The translations under genes and the position numbers were made by a program. DNA of 64,000 bases. Source: a virus. Positions 63,324-64,000 of this stretch are shown in pieces. The notes beneath the pieces were generated by a model that saw only the letters and a list, made by a program, of their open reading frames with translations, was not told the origin of the DNA and ran no database searches. Location of the stretch: the IMG/VR virus record IMGVR_UViG_3300049846_002130, positions 96,001 through 160,000 of that record; one strand, given 5' to 3'. How positions within the stretch are numbered: the first letter of the stretch is position 1; every line of letters begins with the position of its first letter.

Positions 63324-64000
63324 TCAATTAATTAATTCAGAATTGAACCTGTGCGCCGGCGACCACCAGATCGAGGAAACTATTCGTGGAACCAGACTCT
63401 GAAACTTTTCTATTATTAACGTCATAGAATGTGTTTCTAATAGCTTAATAAGAAGCATGTTATCAGTTGTACGTAGAATTTTTAAGACTAGTTGTCTTAT
63501 AGCTTCTTTATCTCTTAGGCTATATTCTTGCTGCTGGTAACTAACAATAGTTCCTTTAAGTTCAAGATTGATTAAATACTCTTTACCAGACTTCCATCTA
63601 AGACCAAGCTGGTCTTTATCTGGCAGGCTATTAAGCTCTATGATTAAGTTGTCTTCTGTAGAAGGCTTAAACTTATCTTCCTTGGTTACAAGCGTGCTAA
63701 TTATATTAGCTACAGCTGTAGGACCGCCACATTTATCTCTAAGATCTACCCAAGTTTGATTGGTCCATCTAGATATTAAAGCTTCAAGCTTATCTGTATC
63801 AGTAGTATAAAAACTAGTAGCACCAGTGGCTTCTGAATGATTTCTTCTAAGTTTAATTTCATCTTTATAAACAACTAAGTCAAATTTACTATAAAACTTA
63901 TCAATAGTTTTAAAATCATGTATTAAATTTGGGTGAAGAATATTAATAAGTTCTGCTAGAATTTTTTCTACAATCTCTACAGTTCCTACAGTATCTCTTA
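63324..64000 (-). CDS. hypothetical protein, 5' end outside the window
   Basis: Frame open from 63998 to TGA at 63324 (RDTVGTVEIVEKILAEL...). Confidence 0.7.
   Translation of the reverse strand, partial: RDTVGTVEIVEKILAELINILHPNLIHDFKTIDKFYSKFDLVVYKDEIKLRRNHSEATGATSFYTTDTDKLEALISRWTNQTWVDLRDKCGGPTAVANIISTLVTKEDKFKPSTEDNLIIELNSLPDKDQLGLRWKSGKEYLINLELKGTIVSYQQQEYSLRDKEAIRQLVLKILRTTDNMLLIKLLETHSMTLIIEKFQSLVPRIVSSIWWSPAHRFNSELIN

Noticed and set aside
63336-63403. GC-rich segment with a GGTTCAATTC T-loop-like motif, closed by ttcaga/tctgaa, upstream of the RNA ligase
   Set aside because: No anticodon or acceptor arm can be built, and it lies within an open reading frame. An Infernal scan could revive it.
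527-63759. Numerous 60-150 aa ORFs from the track lying antisense to long genes (for example 527..778, 2987..3343, 34902..35360, 35384..35824, 50710..51015)
   Set aside because: They are shadow frames of well-supported genes, with no SD sites or recognisable motifs.

Overview
AT-rich (about one third GC by eye), very densely coded segment that reads as part of a large or jumbo dsDNA tailed phage. This is an inference: no capsid or terminase gene lies in the window. Most genes are on the minus strand and cover replication and recombination (primase, split DnaE, RecA, Cas4-like and Holliday-junction nucleases, UDG), nucleotide supply (NrdAB, dUTPase, IMPDH/GMPR, HD hydrolase), tRNA biology (5 intact tRNAs, at least 4 broken tRNA-like elements, MnmA, RNA ligase, Ro60/TROVE, a nucleotidyltransferase) and proteostasis (ClpB, Lon-like AAA+). 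Islands of plus-strand virion and tail-fibre-like genes are interleaved. Highlights: (1) a complete prokaryotic ubiquitin-like operon (E2, JAB, E1, Ubl) preceded by a protease-less Lon-type AAA+ ATPase; (2) a canonical G-GGA-AAA -1 frameshift site that would extend the JAB protein; (3) a DnaE gene split at the palm, whose N-terminal FVHLHVHS motif is out of frame inside a 47-nt hairpin; (4) a mirror-symmetric Asn / pseudo-Asn / HNH / pseudo-Ser / Ser cassette whose two broken tRNAs have cross-complementary acceptor strands; (5) a Whirly-domain protein; (6) tandem defective tRNA-Thr(UGU)-like RNAs. All family calls are by motif recognition only; no database search was run.
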